Below are positions 14,400-27,810 of a stretch of DNA of 64,000 nucleotides, piece after piece. The first letter of the stretch is position 1; each line of letters opens with the position of its first letter. The notes below the pieces were generated by a model, which saw nothing but the letters and a program-made list of their open reading frames with translations, was not told where the DNA came from and ran no database searches. The position numbers and the translations under genes were made by a program. Origin of the DNA: Eledone cirrhosa. Lineage: Eukaryota. Location of the stretch: NCBI GenBank assembly GCA_964016885.1, contig OZ024740.1:96720001-96784000 (forward strand). The letters run 5' to 3'.

Positions 14400-14840
14400 G
14401 ATGATCATCATCATGATTAGTGTGATTGTGTTCATGACGATCATTAATAGTTATCATCGTTGTGCCTATAACTCTTCTACTTACTTCAGTTAATTACTAG
14501 TATCCTAATTGTATGTAATTGTATGCAACGAATTTGAATGCGTGTTCTAGATTTCTTTTTCATTAATAAATATTCGCATTTTCTTGTTTAATCTTTTTTT
14601 TCTTTTACAATTCTTTTTACAATTCTTTTTAAGGTGATGGTTGGACTTGAAGTAAGATTAGTTCATATAAGATTTAAACTACGTTACTTAATTGCTGTTT
14701 CTTAACCTCAAGCCAATTGTTGAATACAGTTTGCCTCACCTCTAACACACTTGCTTCAGCAGAAAACAGTAATTACATATTTGTTTCAACTGTCCTTCAT
14801 TTTAAAAGTTTCCAAAGCATTGCTTAACTCCCCTCATTTG
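14400..14840. repeat. Dispersed repeat, copy 2 (similar to 2100-2560)
   Basis: Same colinear blocks as 2100-2560. Confidence 0.75.
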
Positions 14841-15590
14841 AATTCTATCTCAGATGGGGATTGAATTGCTTCTGATGTTATTTGCGACGTTAATATTTTT
14901 GATGGCGAATATGATGCTCTGGAAAAAGAAGATTGTGATAATGATTGTGATGTTTGTGATGTATGTTTCATGACATTTCGTGCAGTTGCAACTTATTTTT
15001 GAATTGTTCTTGTGCAAAACCGTAGGATCTATGTTGGGCTGTAAGGTCCTTCCTGATTAGTCATAAGAAGTTTTGCGTCACATTCGTCATTGCATTTAGG
15101 TTTAAATTGGTTGAAGGAGGTAGTGTTTAATTTGTTCGTTATTTGACTCGAACTGTATATATAATTTTGAATTTATTTGAATCAACTCGCTTTTTAGAAT
15201 CTCGTTTTACAATGGTGCTTCATTGCTGGGTATATTTTGTTGGAGAATACTTAGACGATTCTCCTGCTTATGTTTCTGAAGATATTTCTAAAGGTGATGG
15301 TGGTAGCGGTGGTAGTGGATGTTTCAGTACATGTTTGCATATACTGGCACCTTATTTGGTGTTTCTAGGTCCTTAGGTTTATCTCTATGGATGGGTATTT
15401 TACTATTCGTAAGTTCATTTAAATGGCTGCGTTTAGGTTGAATCATTTCAAGGCATTTAATAGGATCTCCTGAATCAGTCTTGTTTAAGTGGGTAGGCTA
15501 CAACTTTCACAGGCTGATTATAAATGCGTGACATATTTAATACATTTAATTCCGACTTTTCTGTTTAATAATAGCATTATTTCTTTCTAG

Positions 15591-15652
15591 AAAATAAAGT
15601 ACCAGTAATGTACTGGGTAATTGCTGGTCTTGTGCCAATAGTAGAAACAATT
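15591..15652 (+). mobile_element. SINE 3' fragment with target-site duplication
   Basis: aaaataaagtaccagtaatgtactggg...gtagaaaca flanked by attatttctttctag on both sides. Confidence 0.85.
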
Positions 15653-16700
15653 ATTTCTTTCTAGACGCTAGGCTGAAACATTAACCTCATGTGGTCATTC
15701 CCTGATATTATGTTGATCCTCGTATATTTGACCATGTTTTAGAGGTAAAATCTATACTCTTTGTCCTTTCGAATCCGGTACAAACGAATATCGGGGTATT
15801 TTCTCATGTTTCATTTTAGCTATATTTACAAGCTCATACTAAAGCGTTCATCATTTATATACGATATTCATCATAAGTAAGATTTAAATTAAAGTAACTT
15901 TCTCGTGTGCATTAATATATGTAACACTTAATCATTGTTGCTGATGAAACTTGTTTCCAAATATAACACTTTTATTAAGAGATTTCTATGGACTGGTACA
16001 GTCCTAAAATATAGAATTGTGTGAATTTCTACAAATTTTACTCCCCTAAGTTGTTGAACCCGGTTATGACAAATATATTTTTTTGTATTGGATAAGTGGT
16101 ATGATGAATAATCTTATCTCATTTTAGAGCTGGTTCATGCTACAATGCTTTTGTTCTCAATACCAATTTCTCATTTCACTGAGTTTATTAATCTGAATTA
16201 TTCTGTGTGTTAGGAATGTAGTCTTGCGAGTTTCTATGTTGTGCATAGCTAACATTATATTATGCATTCTAGTTCGCCTTCTATTCGACTTTCTTTATTG
16301 TTGAATATGAATTCGGCAAAACCTTATATAAGTATGTATTATTCATCTAAATAAACTACGGCTCAAGATCCCACAGCTGTCCACTTTGGGCTTTGATCAC
16401 TGAGGCTGATGCCCACGATTATATTTGGTTATGTCTATCAATATATAAGAACGTTCAGATATTCATAAGGACTTCATGTGTGCATTAATTTTATTCTAGA
16501 AACTGCTTTTATAATTTTCAAATCATAACTTATCTATTATTACTAGGACATCTGTTTCATATACTTCAAAGTATTTAGTTTAAGTGAGCAGCTATAGTTA
16601 TTTTAGTTGATATTACTGATATTTCGTAGTACAAGGGTAGGTAAAGAATTATCCGCACTTTAATCATAACATATATTTAGGTTTGTTACACTGTATTCTG

Positions 16701-17447
16701 TTCATGCGTGCTTAAGGTGTTGCTAATGAGGTTAGCTGATTGAAATTCCAGCTTGGTCGCACCAGATTTCTTGCTGCAGTTGCAGTGTAAACATGGCCGA
16801 TCCACTAGAAGAGTGCACCAGTATGTGTCCAGTCAACACTTCGTATCTCTTTCTCGGCCATAGTGATTCAGCCCCGTTTTCGCTCATGAGATTATTCTTT
16901 TCAAACATCATTTGTCTTTATCATTGTAGCGGTCAAGTAAACCTTGGCTGACCTCAACATGTTTGCGCTTGTGCTCTGTGGTAAAGTCACTCAGTATCCA
17001 TCTCGCACAGACGTTATGGACGCCGAGTTTCACGTGTATGATTCGATAGCTAGAACCAGACTAATCCACAGAGAAGATGCTAACTCATCGATTATAATTT
17101 GCCGATTCACCATTACCATCTTTCGTGCTTGCTGAATCTCCTCGTCCTGAATCTCCGCGTCCTACCCCATCGTGCGTCCCACATATCCGGCTAGTTTTAA
17201 ACATCTCGATACACACTTCTACGCTGTAGTGCACTGCGGGCATATTGTGTTCAAAGCCTCTGATGAATTTCAACACCTGATACAGCTTTTGAGCAGAGAC
17301 ATCGGACCACTGCTCTTTGTTACTCCTTGGAGCACACTGCTAGCACAATGGCCAGGTTTACACTGTAATAGATGCAAGAAAATGGGTGCGGTCAAGCTCA
17401 TACTTGAGGCAGCTGACCATAATAGTAACCGTAATAAGCACACATGA
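16701..17447. mobile_element. Candidate MITE / non-autonomous DNA transposon with ~100 bp imperfect terminal inverted repeats
   Basis: Left tcatgcgtgctta...gttagctg...agcttggtcgcacc..atttcttgc...cagtgtaaacatggcc versus reverse complement of right tcatgtgtgctta...gtcagctg...agcttgaccgcacc..tttcttgc...cagtgtaaacctggcc. GC is higher than the flanks. Confidence 0.6.
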
Positions 17448-18210
17448 GAAGAAGGCATGTTTCAAATCTAAATATATGTTATGGGCAAAGTGCAAATAAT
17501 GTTTGATTAACCATCGTATTATATCTTCCACATAATTCGTGAGATTACTTCTTCGACTTTTTCGGTTAGTCATTTCAGTTAGTGTTTCAAGAATGGAATA
17601 AAGATGTTATTAATTTATAAAATGTTGCTGTATTTTTCGCATGTTCAATTGATTTTCGCTCCGCTTCTATTAGTTATCTTGAGGTGCATATTTAATTTAT
17701 AATATAATGGGGAAGAAGGTGCGCATTATATATTGTGGAATTTATGATTCATTTAAACTAACTTCCTTTCCCAATGCTCGTGATTCATGTTACAATAATC
17801 GCCTGACGACAATAAATATTGTTATGTATTTCTATTCTTGTATAGCCTTTGGTATATGCCTGTCCTTTAGTTTATGAATATTCGTGTTATTGGGCAGTCT
17901 CTTGTGCTTATTTAGATTTTATTCATTACGGTGTATTATCAGCCTGACTGTATTGTTGGTTGATTCTAATAGCATTTGTTGCTTTATAATATGATTTGAG
18001 GTATTTTAAGGGATATTACAATTATATTGGTAACTTATAAGAGTTGATTATTTTTTTAATTATACCCTCGATGTAATATTATTTGTAGTTTTGTTGTCGT
18101 ATTCTCATTTGTTGTTTTCAAATTTACATTTCATAAGATATTAAATGAACATATTTAATACGCACTTAGCCCCATGTATATACATATATATATATATATA
18201 TATATAAAAT

Positions 18211-18259
<49 letters not shown>

Positions 18260-18311
18260 GAGAAACAGACAGAGAGAAAGCTCAGTGATTTTGCCTAGTT
18301 AAATCTTTTAG

Positions 18312-19030
18312 AAGGAACGCTGTACTAGTTTCAAGCTTATTAGCTATCGTCAGCGACGAATACCTTCCTGCCAGATTGTTGAACGTATATGCTTACCTAA
18401 TACGGGATGTTTGTTTACAAACACACCGAGCATTATAATAAATGTTCGGTGAATCCATACGTACATATATATATGTGTGCATGTATGTATATATATATAT
18501 ATACTACTGTACGTCTGTATACATATATGTATGTACGTGTACATGCTTATATTTAAGTAACAGCCGTACTAAGAGTGGGAAATGAAATTTCGTTTCATTT
18601 TTTTCGTTTATCGTTTTCGGTGCACCCGGCCGATTAACCCACTCGATATGCAAATTGGGCTACTCAGCCGTTAATATGCATAAGGTAAGTATATACGTTC
18701 AACAATCTGGCAGAAAGGTATACGTTGCTGATGATAGCTAATAAGCTTGAAACTTGTACAGCGTTCCTTTGTCAGTGTTGAACAAACGAGCAACGATGGT
18801 TGCTAGACACTATGGCTTAATACGGGATGTTTGTTTACAAACACACCGAGCATTATAATAAATGTTCGCTGAATCCATACGTACATATATATGTGTGTGT
18901 GCATGTGTGTATTTATATATACATAATACTGTACCTCTGTATGCATATATGTATGTACGTGTACATACTTATATTTAAGTAACAGCCGTACTAAGAGTGG
19001 GAAATGAAATTTCGTTTCATTTTTTCCGTT
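18312..19030 (+). mobile_element. Family A retrozyme-like element, diverged copy (~420 bp period, ~1.5 units, 5' inverted segment)
   Basis: tacgggatgtttgtttacaa at 18401 and 18821. Homologous to the 466 bp unit. 18312-18398 is an inverted piece containing the HHR. Ends in a TA tract. Confidence 0.85.
18722..18765 (+). ncRNA. Type I hammerhead ribozyme (family A)
   Basis: acgttg-CUGAUGA-t agc taataa gct t-GAAAC-tt-GUA-cagcgt. Stem I differs from the 44-54 kb copies (acggtg/catcgt) but still pairs. Confidence 0.8.
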
Positions 19031-19252
19031 TATATATATATACATATAAGAAATTAGCAATAGAAAGGTTCGTCGTATTTTTTACTGCAGAAATGTTAGC
19101 CTGATACTGTGGTTTAGAACCCCCAGAGGAATGGAAAAAGATCAGTATCGACGTTTTAAATCCAACTATCTGTTTAAAGATCCTTTATACAAAAAATTAT
19201 TTGAGATTTCAACGCCTTGTTCGAATCTCAGCTATGATTGGATGTTACACAC

Positions 19253-19388
<136 letters not shown>

Positions 19389-19969
19389 GTGTGTGTCTGT
19401 CTCTCTCTCTCTCTGTATGTTTACGTATCACGGTGCAGGAAAGTGTTTATATGCGCATGTGAATCTTTATGTGGCACTTTATGTACCAATAATATAGAAT
19501 CAATCTAATACACATACAATCACATATGCTACCGTACAGAATGAGCCAGAAACACGAGAATATATATCGTTAGATACACTTTACCAAGCGCTTTACTTAA
19601 ACGTACATGGTTGTTATTCCAAAAAACGATCGATTTAAAAGCATGAAATAGAAAGCGTCTAACATTTCGAAAGGTTATCTTATAGCTCAACAAAATAGTC
19701 TACAAATAAACGGCAACTAATAATAGCTTAACATTGAATGTCCTATAAATGTCTGTGAATTTTAAGCTATCGATTTATTGTAGGCAATGAAGAAGATAAT
19801 GAATACATGCCTAAGTGTTTGGTAGATTCAGGAATTCCTGTACAAAGCTCCGAATATGACCATTAGGTTTTGACAGGCTGTTCCGAAAGAAAATATTTTA
19901 GAGGGAATATAGCAAACAGCTCTATTTTACTTATCTATATGTGCATATATTTATACAAAAACACACACG

Positions 19970-20013
<44 letters not shown>

Positions 20014-20208
20014 GATGTATACATACTTATATATATGAATATATAAATACATATATAATTATATGTGTATGTATATCTATATGCATATATATACGAATAT
20101 ATAAATACATATATAAATATATATATATGTATGTATGTATATCTATTTGTATATATATATAATATATATATATATATGTGTGTGTATGTATGAATATATA
20201 TGTATATA

Positions 20209-20297
<89 letters not shown>

Positions 20298-20396
20298 GTA
20301 TGTACATATATATATATATATGTATATATGGATGTATATATATATGGATGTATATATATATGGATGTATATATATATGTATGTATATATATGGATG

Positions 20397-20429
<33 letters not shown>

Positions 20430-20561
20430 ATACAGTGTATGTATGTAGGTTATACATTCAAGAAAATAGGTGTTTCATACTCTTAGTTGAGAAAATACGT
20501 GTCCCCTTCCTTTTCACTCTATATCACCGATCCTGCCAAGTGCACACAAGCTAGCTCATAT

Positions 20562-20637
<76 letters not shown>

Positions 20638-21331
20638 GAGAGTGTTGAAGTTTACCTGAAGCTTATTGGGATATGGAAAATCGTTTATGTATTGGTGATA
20701 GGGAAAAATAGCTGAAAATACAATTGCCAAAATTTAAAATATTTATTTTAAATAACTTTACCGGTTTCACAGTTTAATGGTATTCAAATCTTCGGTAAGA
20801 TGGAGGGATGTGTATCTATATCACGAGGTGACTCACATCCGATTGGATGGGAATTATATTTCCACTTTCTGCCATAAAAGTGGTTCAGATATTTATCTTT
20901 TTAATATACGACTTTATGGAGTCATATTGATCACATGATTACGCGTATATGATTTTTTTCATATTTCGCGCCAAACTTCGTGTATCAAGTAAATATAAAT
21001 AACATTTGTTCAGTTTTAACCCAAACAATGGTATTTATAAGGATCATAACAGGCCGATTTGCTGTGTTTGTTTTTACGAAATTTTAGACACTAGGGGTTA
21101 GGCCATCTAAGTATGTCTTACTTTGAGAACTGTTATTTGTAAGTAGATGTACTGGAAACCCATCCAACTGTATAGGGTAACCGTTGAACTGGCGTATTAG
21201 GTCATTTTTGTAGTGAATTAAATTGCGTGTATATAAATGTATATATATATACCTGTGCGTGCGTTTTTCAGTGTGTGTGTGTGTATGTGTGTGTTCGTTT
21301 GTGTCTGTGTGGCGGTGAGAGAAGTCATATA

Positions 21332-21412
<81 letters not shown>

Positions 21413-21475
21413 GTGTGTGTATTTATATATGTATTGTATGCACATATATTTACATGTCGTGTTATGGAAACAGGT

Positions 21476-21568
21476 CGACTTTTATTTTATCCTTACGGGA
21501 TCGATAAAATAAAGTACCAGTAATGTACTGGGTATTTGCTGGCCTTGTGCCAAATGTAGAAACAATTA
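21476..21568 (+). mobile_element. SINE 3' fragment
   Basis: atccttacgggatcgataaaataaagtaccagtaatgtactggg...ggccttgtgccaaatgtagaaacaatt. Confidence 0.85.
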
Positions 21569-22075
21569 TATTATATTGCATATTTATACAGTACCTGCAA
21601 TATATGCACTAACAACAGATATAATGCTGTATATATTTAATACAAAATATTACATCCTCTATCGTTTGACGATGATGTTATTTTGGCAAAAGTGTTGCAA
21701 GTATTCTAGCATCAACGGATTTTATACACATACATTTTATGAGTTCGAATTATCTGGACATTTAAAATGACTCTCTGAAAATCAGATAGACAATGGTTTG
21801 GATTAAAATATCAAAGAAGTACCATACCAATTATCTAAATTCCTGCCTAAAATACTGAAATTTTAAATGCTTTGCATATTGATGTTTTGTGGGTAGTACT
21901 TTATCACAATTTACTCTTTAAGCCGATGTCGCCAATCAAATATAACATATTTAAAGTTTCGCTTCCTTTAAACTTTATTATACCCTGTGTGTATATATAC
22001 ATATATACATACATACTTATATATATATATATATATATTTATTTATATATATATGTATATATATATGTATATATA

Positions 22076-22167
<92 letters not shown>

Positions 22168-22400
22168 CATATATATATAATACAAAGTTTGTTTTATAAA
22201 TATTGACGCAACCAGGAAAGAAGAACTTAACGGTTCAATCAAGATTTTCCAGGAAAACTTGAACCGTTAAGTTCTTCTTTCGTGGTTATGTCAATATTTA
22301 TATAATAAACTGTGTATGTTATCTGGTGAGAGCGTACCAAACTGCTGGTACCCTTGAAATATATATAATAGAATAAATATAGTTTCCATTTATTTAATAT

Positions 22401-22494
<94 letters not shown>

Positions 22495-22670
22495 AATATA
22501 ATTGAATAAAAAAGAGAGATGAACATTAATATAAACATACATGTGTTCAAATCGTAAAGACTAGGTTAGCTAGGGTGAAAAAATACTAACTACAGCAATA
22601 TGGTTTGTCAGACTTTTTTTAAGTAGTAAATTAAGAGATATAACAGACCTATATAGGGCAAATGCCTGGT

Positions 22671-22752
22671 AACAACTAGACAGTTTTGAAAACTGTTTCG
22701 CAACATCTTATTATGTGAAGTCAACACGTTGTCCTGTTCCTCAGTAGTTGTT
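22671..22752 (-). ncRNA. Type I hammerhead ribozyme (family C, copy 1)
   Basis: aacaacta-CUGAGGA-acagg...tgttgc-GAAAC-agttttcaaaact-GUC-tagttgtt. Perfect 8 bp stem I. Confidence 0.8.
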
Positions 22753-23051
22753 AAGAAATTAGCGATCCTACCACTTCTAAAAATATGAGAAGACTGAATT
22801 GTGTACGATATGAAATAGCGCACGTGTCTCCGGAACCCAGCTTATCTTGAAATACCATATCGCTAAAAATAGCAGTCTGGTTCACAATACATTAAAATTG
22901 GCTCTACATGGTGGAGCCGACACATATATAATGAGTTAGAAACTCAGAGTAGTCTCTTACAATTAAATAGCTCTAAGAAAAAAGCTTTTCCGAGCCGTGT
23001 AAGTAGCAAATTAGAAAAATAACAGACCTATATCGGGTAAATGTCTGGTAA

Positions 23052-23130
23052 AAACTAGACAGTTTTGAAAACTGTTTCGCAATATCTAATTAAGTGATGT
23101 CAACACGTTTCTATGCTCCTCAGTAGTTGT
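23052..23130 (-). ncRNA. Type I hammerhead ribozyme (family C, copy 2), canonical core
   Basis: aacta-CUGAGGA-gcata...tattgc-GAAAC-agttttcaaaact-GUC-tagtt. G10.1-C11.1 pair is present. Confidence 0.85.
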
Positions 23131-23676
23131 TGAGAAATTAGCGATCCTTCCACTTCTAAAAATATTTTAAAAAATAATCAGGTTAGACAAAGGACCTGGA
23201 CATATCGACCGATATTTTGCAATACGTCGGATAGGTTTCTATGAATCCGAATCATCCATCCTATTACGCAATATGCAAGCCTGGGTATTCCATGATCGAA
23301 CAGTGGATTTACTTCATCAACAGGAAATTTCGTCATATGCATCATGCCGGTGTGGAATATAACGCCGAACTGGTACCGTTGGCAGCCCTCAGTGTTTCAC
23401 TGCCACATGTTATTTCCAACAACGGAGGTAACCCCGGATATTGGCGGGCGAATTCAAAGTGTGAACAAAGGAAGTCAATTCCGTTCCACATGCCAAATGG
23501 AAAGCTGTCGACTAGACGTTGTTTAAAAAACATAAATAATGAACCAATCAATGGAATTGTCTAATTAAATTAATTAGTTAATAATTAATATATATATATA
23601 TATATATATTTCGCTCTACATGGTTGAATACAATTAATTGAAGCTTGTTTTCATAATTGCAAACGAATCAAATGTT

Positions 23677-24190
23677 GCGGTGGATTGGCAGTATCGGTAG
23701 AGGAACGGACACTATGCTTTGACGCATAGAGTTACGGCCCTTGCCATTCTGAGTTCAAATCCCGCTAAGTTGAATTTGCCTTTTATCCTTACGGGGTCGA
23801 TAAAATAAAGCACCAGTAATATACTGGTTAATTTGCTCGCCTTGTGCCTAATGTAGAAAGAATTATTAAAATTATTAAATTGAGGGTGGTGGATTGGCAG
23901 GAAAAAGGTAGAGGGTCGGACGCCATGCTTTGACGCATAGAGTTACGGCGCTTGCCATTCTGAATTCAAATCCCGCCGAGGTTAACTTTTCCATCCATCC
24001 TTTGGGATCGATAAAATAAAGCACCAGTAATACAATGTGTAATTGCTGGCCTTGTGCCAAAAGGTAGAAACAATTATTAAATAACGCCGAGGTTAACTTT
24101 GCCGTTCATCCTTACGGGGTCGATAAAATAAAGTAATAGTAATACACTGGGATAATTGCTGGCCTTGTGCCAAATGTAGAAACAATTATT
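23677..24190 (+). mobile_element. Three head-to-tail SINE copies (two full length, one 5'-truncated)
   Basis: ggtggattggcag starts at ~23679 and ~23888, and cgccgaggttaactttgcc at ~24085. Each ends in gtagaaa.aattatt. Confidence 0.9.
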
Positions 24191-24466
24191 AATATTCGAA
24201 AAACTCAGATTACATTAATTGTATTCAGCAATGTAGAGCGAAAGAAGTTTTCTTTTTTATTTGAATTTGACAAAGCCGGTCATTTCTCGCTCGTATACAG
24301 GAAACTGACAGGCCAGACTGCTAATATGAAAATCTGGCTGATCAATTGATATGCTAATATTCAAATCTTACTGATCAGCCAATCTGATAATATGCAAATC
24401 AGGCCGTTCAGTCACTGTGTATTTTTGAATATAGCATGTATTGTCAAAGTTAGGGAGGTGATCAGT

Positions 24467-24515
24467 GAGCTGTACTGATGAAGGGTGATACCAAGAACAT
24501 CAGTGTCTGCTGTTC
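24467..24515 (+). ncRNA. Type I hammerhead ribozyme motif (family B, one A missing in GAAA)
   Basis: gagctgta-CUGAUGA-aggg tgata ccaa-GAAC-atcagt-GUC-tgctgttc. Confidence 0.6.
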
Positions 24516-24930
24516 TGTTCACATGTCAACAGAAGAGCTAGAATGAAGGGTTTATTCGACTGACATGGCTATAAAATTGAGGCTTGTTTGCATAATTGCA
24601 AATGAATCGAATGTTATTATTAATATTCGAAAAATTCATATTACATTTATTGTATTCAGCCATGTAGAGCGAAAGAAGTTTTCCTTTATATATATATATA
24701 ATAGAATATGTGTTCCTACACTCACAAGGCGCTAAGAGACACATGTATTGTCCAACCATATGCCAATGTGGTTCAATGGCAGGTTAATAAATTAACGAGC
24801 CAGAACATATATAATCAAGGTTTAGCAAATAAGAAAAAGTTTCAAATTAAATTTTAAAAAGTAAACTTTACATACTATGGTTACCTTTTTAAAATGTATT
24901 TTGAAACTTTATCTTATTTGCTAAATCTTG

Positions 24931-24987
<57 letters not shown>

Positions 24988-25609
24988 GTCGGGTCACTAT
25001 TGGGTGCTACTGATAACATGTAACCCAATACAAGCTGTTGCATGGTCGGGTCGTCAAATCGGCAAACCCAACATGTTTTGTTGGTGAGGAGGGTGATTTT
25101 GGACATTCTGCAGGACACAAAACAACACCTGACAAAGGGCGGAAGAACTCTAACGAGTTAACGGCCATCCGAAAGTGTGTAAAAATGTATATATCCATTA
25201 TATATTTATGTATATGTGTATATACATGGGTGCATGTGTATGTATATGCGCGGGGACATAGAATAATCCGGGCTGGACACCCCATCGCGCAGTTAAACCA
25301 CTGGGAGTGAAGAACCCCTAGCCTTTGTCAGGGCATTCTTATAGGAGAAGGCAACTCAGGAAACTGGAATAACTCCGATATAAAACCTGCGGCTCGGTAG
25401 TTACCGATGTTGTTGATCTATTCTTCTTTTCAGGTTATAGCTGCTGTCGCTCAGAGAGTGGAATTGGCTCAGCACACTTTCTTTCCTCACTTTCAAAAAT
25501 ATATTCACGCACTGGCATTGCACGATAGAATTAATTAATAATTATTTAATAATGGTATAACATGTAATGGTCATACTCGATAACGGTGAGGCAGCCATCA
25601 CACACACAC

Positions 25610-25650
<41 letters not shown>

Positions 25651-25662
25651 GTGAGTAATAAT

Positions 25663-25882
25663 GGTTTCTTATATAGGCACAAGGCCAATAAGTTTGGGGG
25701 GAGGGGAAAGTTGATTAAATTGACCCCAGTGCGTGACTGCTACTTTATTTTATCGACCCCATAAGGATGAAAGGCAAAGTTAACCTCAGGGGGATTTGAG
25801 CTCAGATCATAAAGAGCTGTAACTCTATGCTGCAGAGTATGGCGTCCGACCCTCTACCGATACTGCCAATCCACCGCCCTCA
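25663..25882 (-). mobile_element. tRNA-derived SINE, full length, with target-site duplication
   Basis: Reverse complement of the consensus, flanked by tggtgagtaataat at 25649-25662 and 25883-25896. Confidence 0.9.
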
Positions 25883-27149
25883 TGGTGAGTAATAATACAT
25901 ATTATGCAGTTACAAGTATGAATATAGATCGATGTAAAATAACAAGTATAATACACACCAGAAATACAGTGTAAATAAATAGCAAAGCGTGTTCAAATGT
26001 TGAAACATTTAATATGTATCGATTGATTCATCATAGCACTCGACAGGAATCACCGATGTTGCTTACCGAGTGCTGGAATGACCGATCGTTAGTTATTAAA
26101 TGTTTGACAAATTAAACACGCTTCGATTAATATTTACATGGTATACTCGCAGCAGGACCCGGCGTTGCACGTGGTAGGAAATGTGAAATAGCATCAGGCA
26201 TATGCCAATATTTAGGAATGTAGCTGTACATGTTTTGAATTCCCATATTCTCAGGGAATGATTGTTCATCTACTGGAAACATAGAACACCTGCAGGCCAA
26301 AGTTAGTATTAGTAGTGTCAGTGTGTTGATTGCGGTATTGCTGTATGCGAAAGGAGAAAGTAAGTGATGTGGGGCGATGGATGTCGTAAGTCTGTTCTCG
26401 AATTACGTCACGGATGGTGAACACACGTCAGTCTGAAGGGGCGATGTAGTCAATTGAAAATCAAGTAGGGATGTACGTTTAAGTAAGGATAGTGTGGGAA
26501 CGCAGCTGCACGAGAAGGCGGTCATAGTGCAATTAGCTCAAACGCTGGGCACTGGTTGCACTACGTTTACACACCAACAAAGGTACGACAAAAGTGGTCA
26601 CCACGGAATTAGCACGACCACTGTTCGGCGTACTTGCGCAGGGCGTTCGTACTGCGGTGTAGGTGCAACAAAAGGGATCTTAATAGAAGTAGCACATATG
26701 TGAGTTTTACGGTGTCAATAACACAGCAACGCGCACAAGGGCCAGATTTTCGCGTGATGAAACCACGAAGCGTTAACAGGGTTCCGACAAATATTTTCAG
26801 GTCCACCTGATTTCCTCAATCCCTCGAAAATAGTCCTGCTTAAAAGAAAGCAAGTGTTGTGTCGTCTGTTAAATAAACCACATTTTGAACGAAATATTAT
26901 ATGCTACTTACGATGTTTAAGTGCCGTTTATATTGAAAAAGGAAATAGCATGTAATGCCAAATGCTAATTCGTAAATTTACTAGAAACCGTTAATGGAAT
27001 TGGAAATTGTTTTGTCCACAGCAATGCGAGGGAAGTAACTAGTATGTGCTGCATATTTCGAATAAATCGGCTGGATAATCTTTACGTTACGCCTCAAAAA
27101 AGTCTAAAAATGCCTTTAAAATGCGTTTTTTTCCCCCTAATGCAGTGTT

Positions 27150-27314
27150 TTAGCCTAGGGCAGAAAAGATGAACGTATGTTTATCCTATCGCACTTCAAG
27201 TAATATAAGTAATGCATGGTGAATTTTGAAAAAAATCTGTCGGTTACTTCTCGAGTTTTAGGGATGTACACAGACAGACAAATAGACACACAGACTGACA
27301 GACATCCTCTGTTT

Positions 27315-27320
<6 letters not shown>
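27150..27320 (+). mobile_element. Possible Helitron/DINE-like non-autonomous element end
   Basis: (CAGA)n-type tract cagacagacaaatagacacacagactgacagacatcctctgtttta preceded by aaaaatctgtcggttacttctcgagttt. Pattern recognition only. Confidence 0.3.
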
Positions 27321-27354
<34 letters not shown>

Positions 27355-27622
27355 CCGTCAGACGGAATTATCCGTCGAAACGGCTTCAGCTCAGCCGTCG
27401 GGGTCTTACTGGTTCCTATATATATATATATATATGTGCGTGTGTGTGTGTGTGTGGGTGTGTGTGCGTGTGTGCGTGTGTATGTGTGTGCATGGGTGTG
27501 TGTGTGTTTAATTATATATGTATATATATATATATATATGTGTGTGTGCGTGTGTGTGTGGGTGGGTGTGCGTGTGTGCGTGTGTATGTGTGTGCATGTG
27601 TGTGTGTGTTTAATTATATATG

Positions 27623-27659
<37 letters not shown>

Positions 27660-27715
27660 ATATATTATATATATATACATATATATATATATACACATAT
27701 GTATAGTCTGTGATG

Positions 27716-27756
<41 letters not shown>

Positions 27757-27810
27757 CCATCACAGACATGGACCAAATACTGTCGATCGATTGGTTATTG
27801 ATTAAGTGAG

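Larger units (their letters stand above)
22621..23166 (-). mobile_element. Family C hammerhead-bearing direct repeat (~380 bp period)
   Basis: 22621-22786 repeats at 23001-23166, and each copy contains an HHR on the minus strand. Confidence 0.75.
23609..24687 (+). mobile_element. Family B retrozyme-like element (~432 bp period) interrupted by stacked SINEs
   Basis: attaatattcgaaaaa at ~24188 and ~24619. Short inverted 5' piece at ~23610-23632. TA tracts on both sides. Reverse complement of 3546-4335. Confidence 0.75.

Noticed and set aside
19050-19160. Similarity to 61280-61380 (ttagcctgata...ggtttagaac...atggaaaaagat.agtat.gacg)
   Set aside because: A real short dispersed repeat, but no structure or identity could be assigned.
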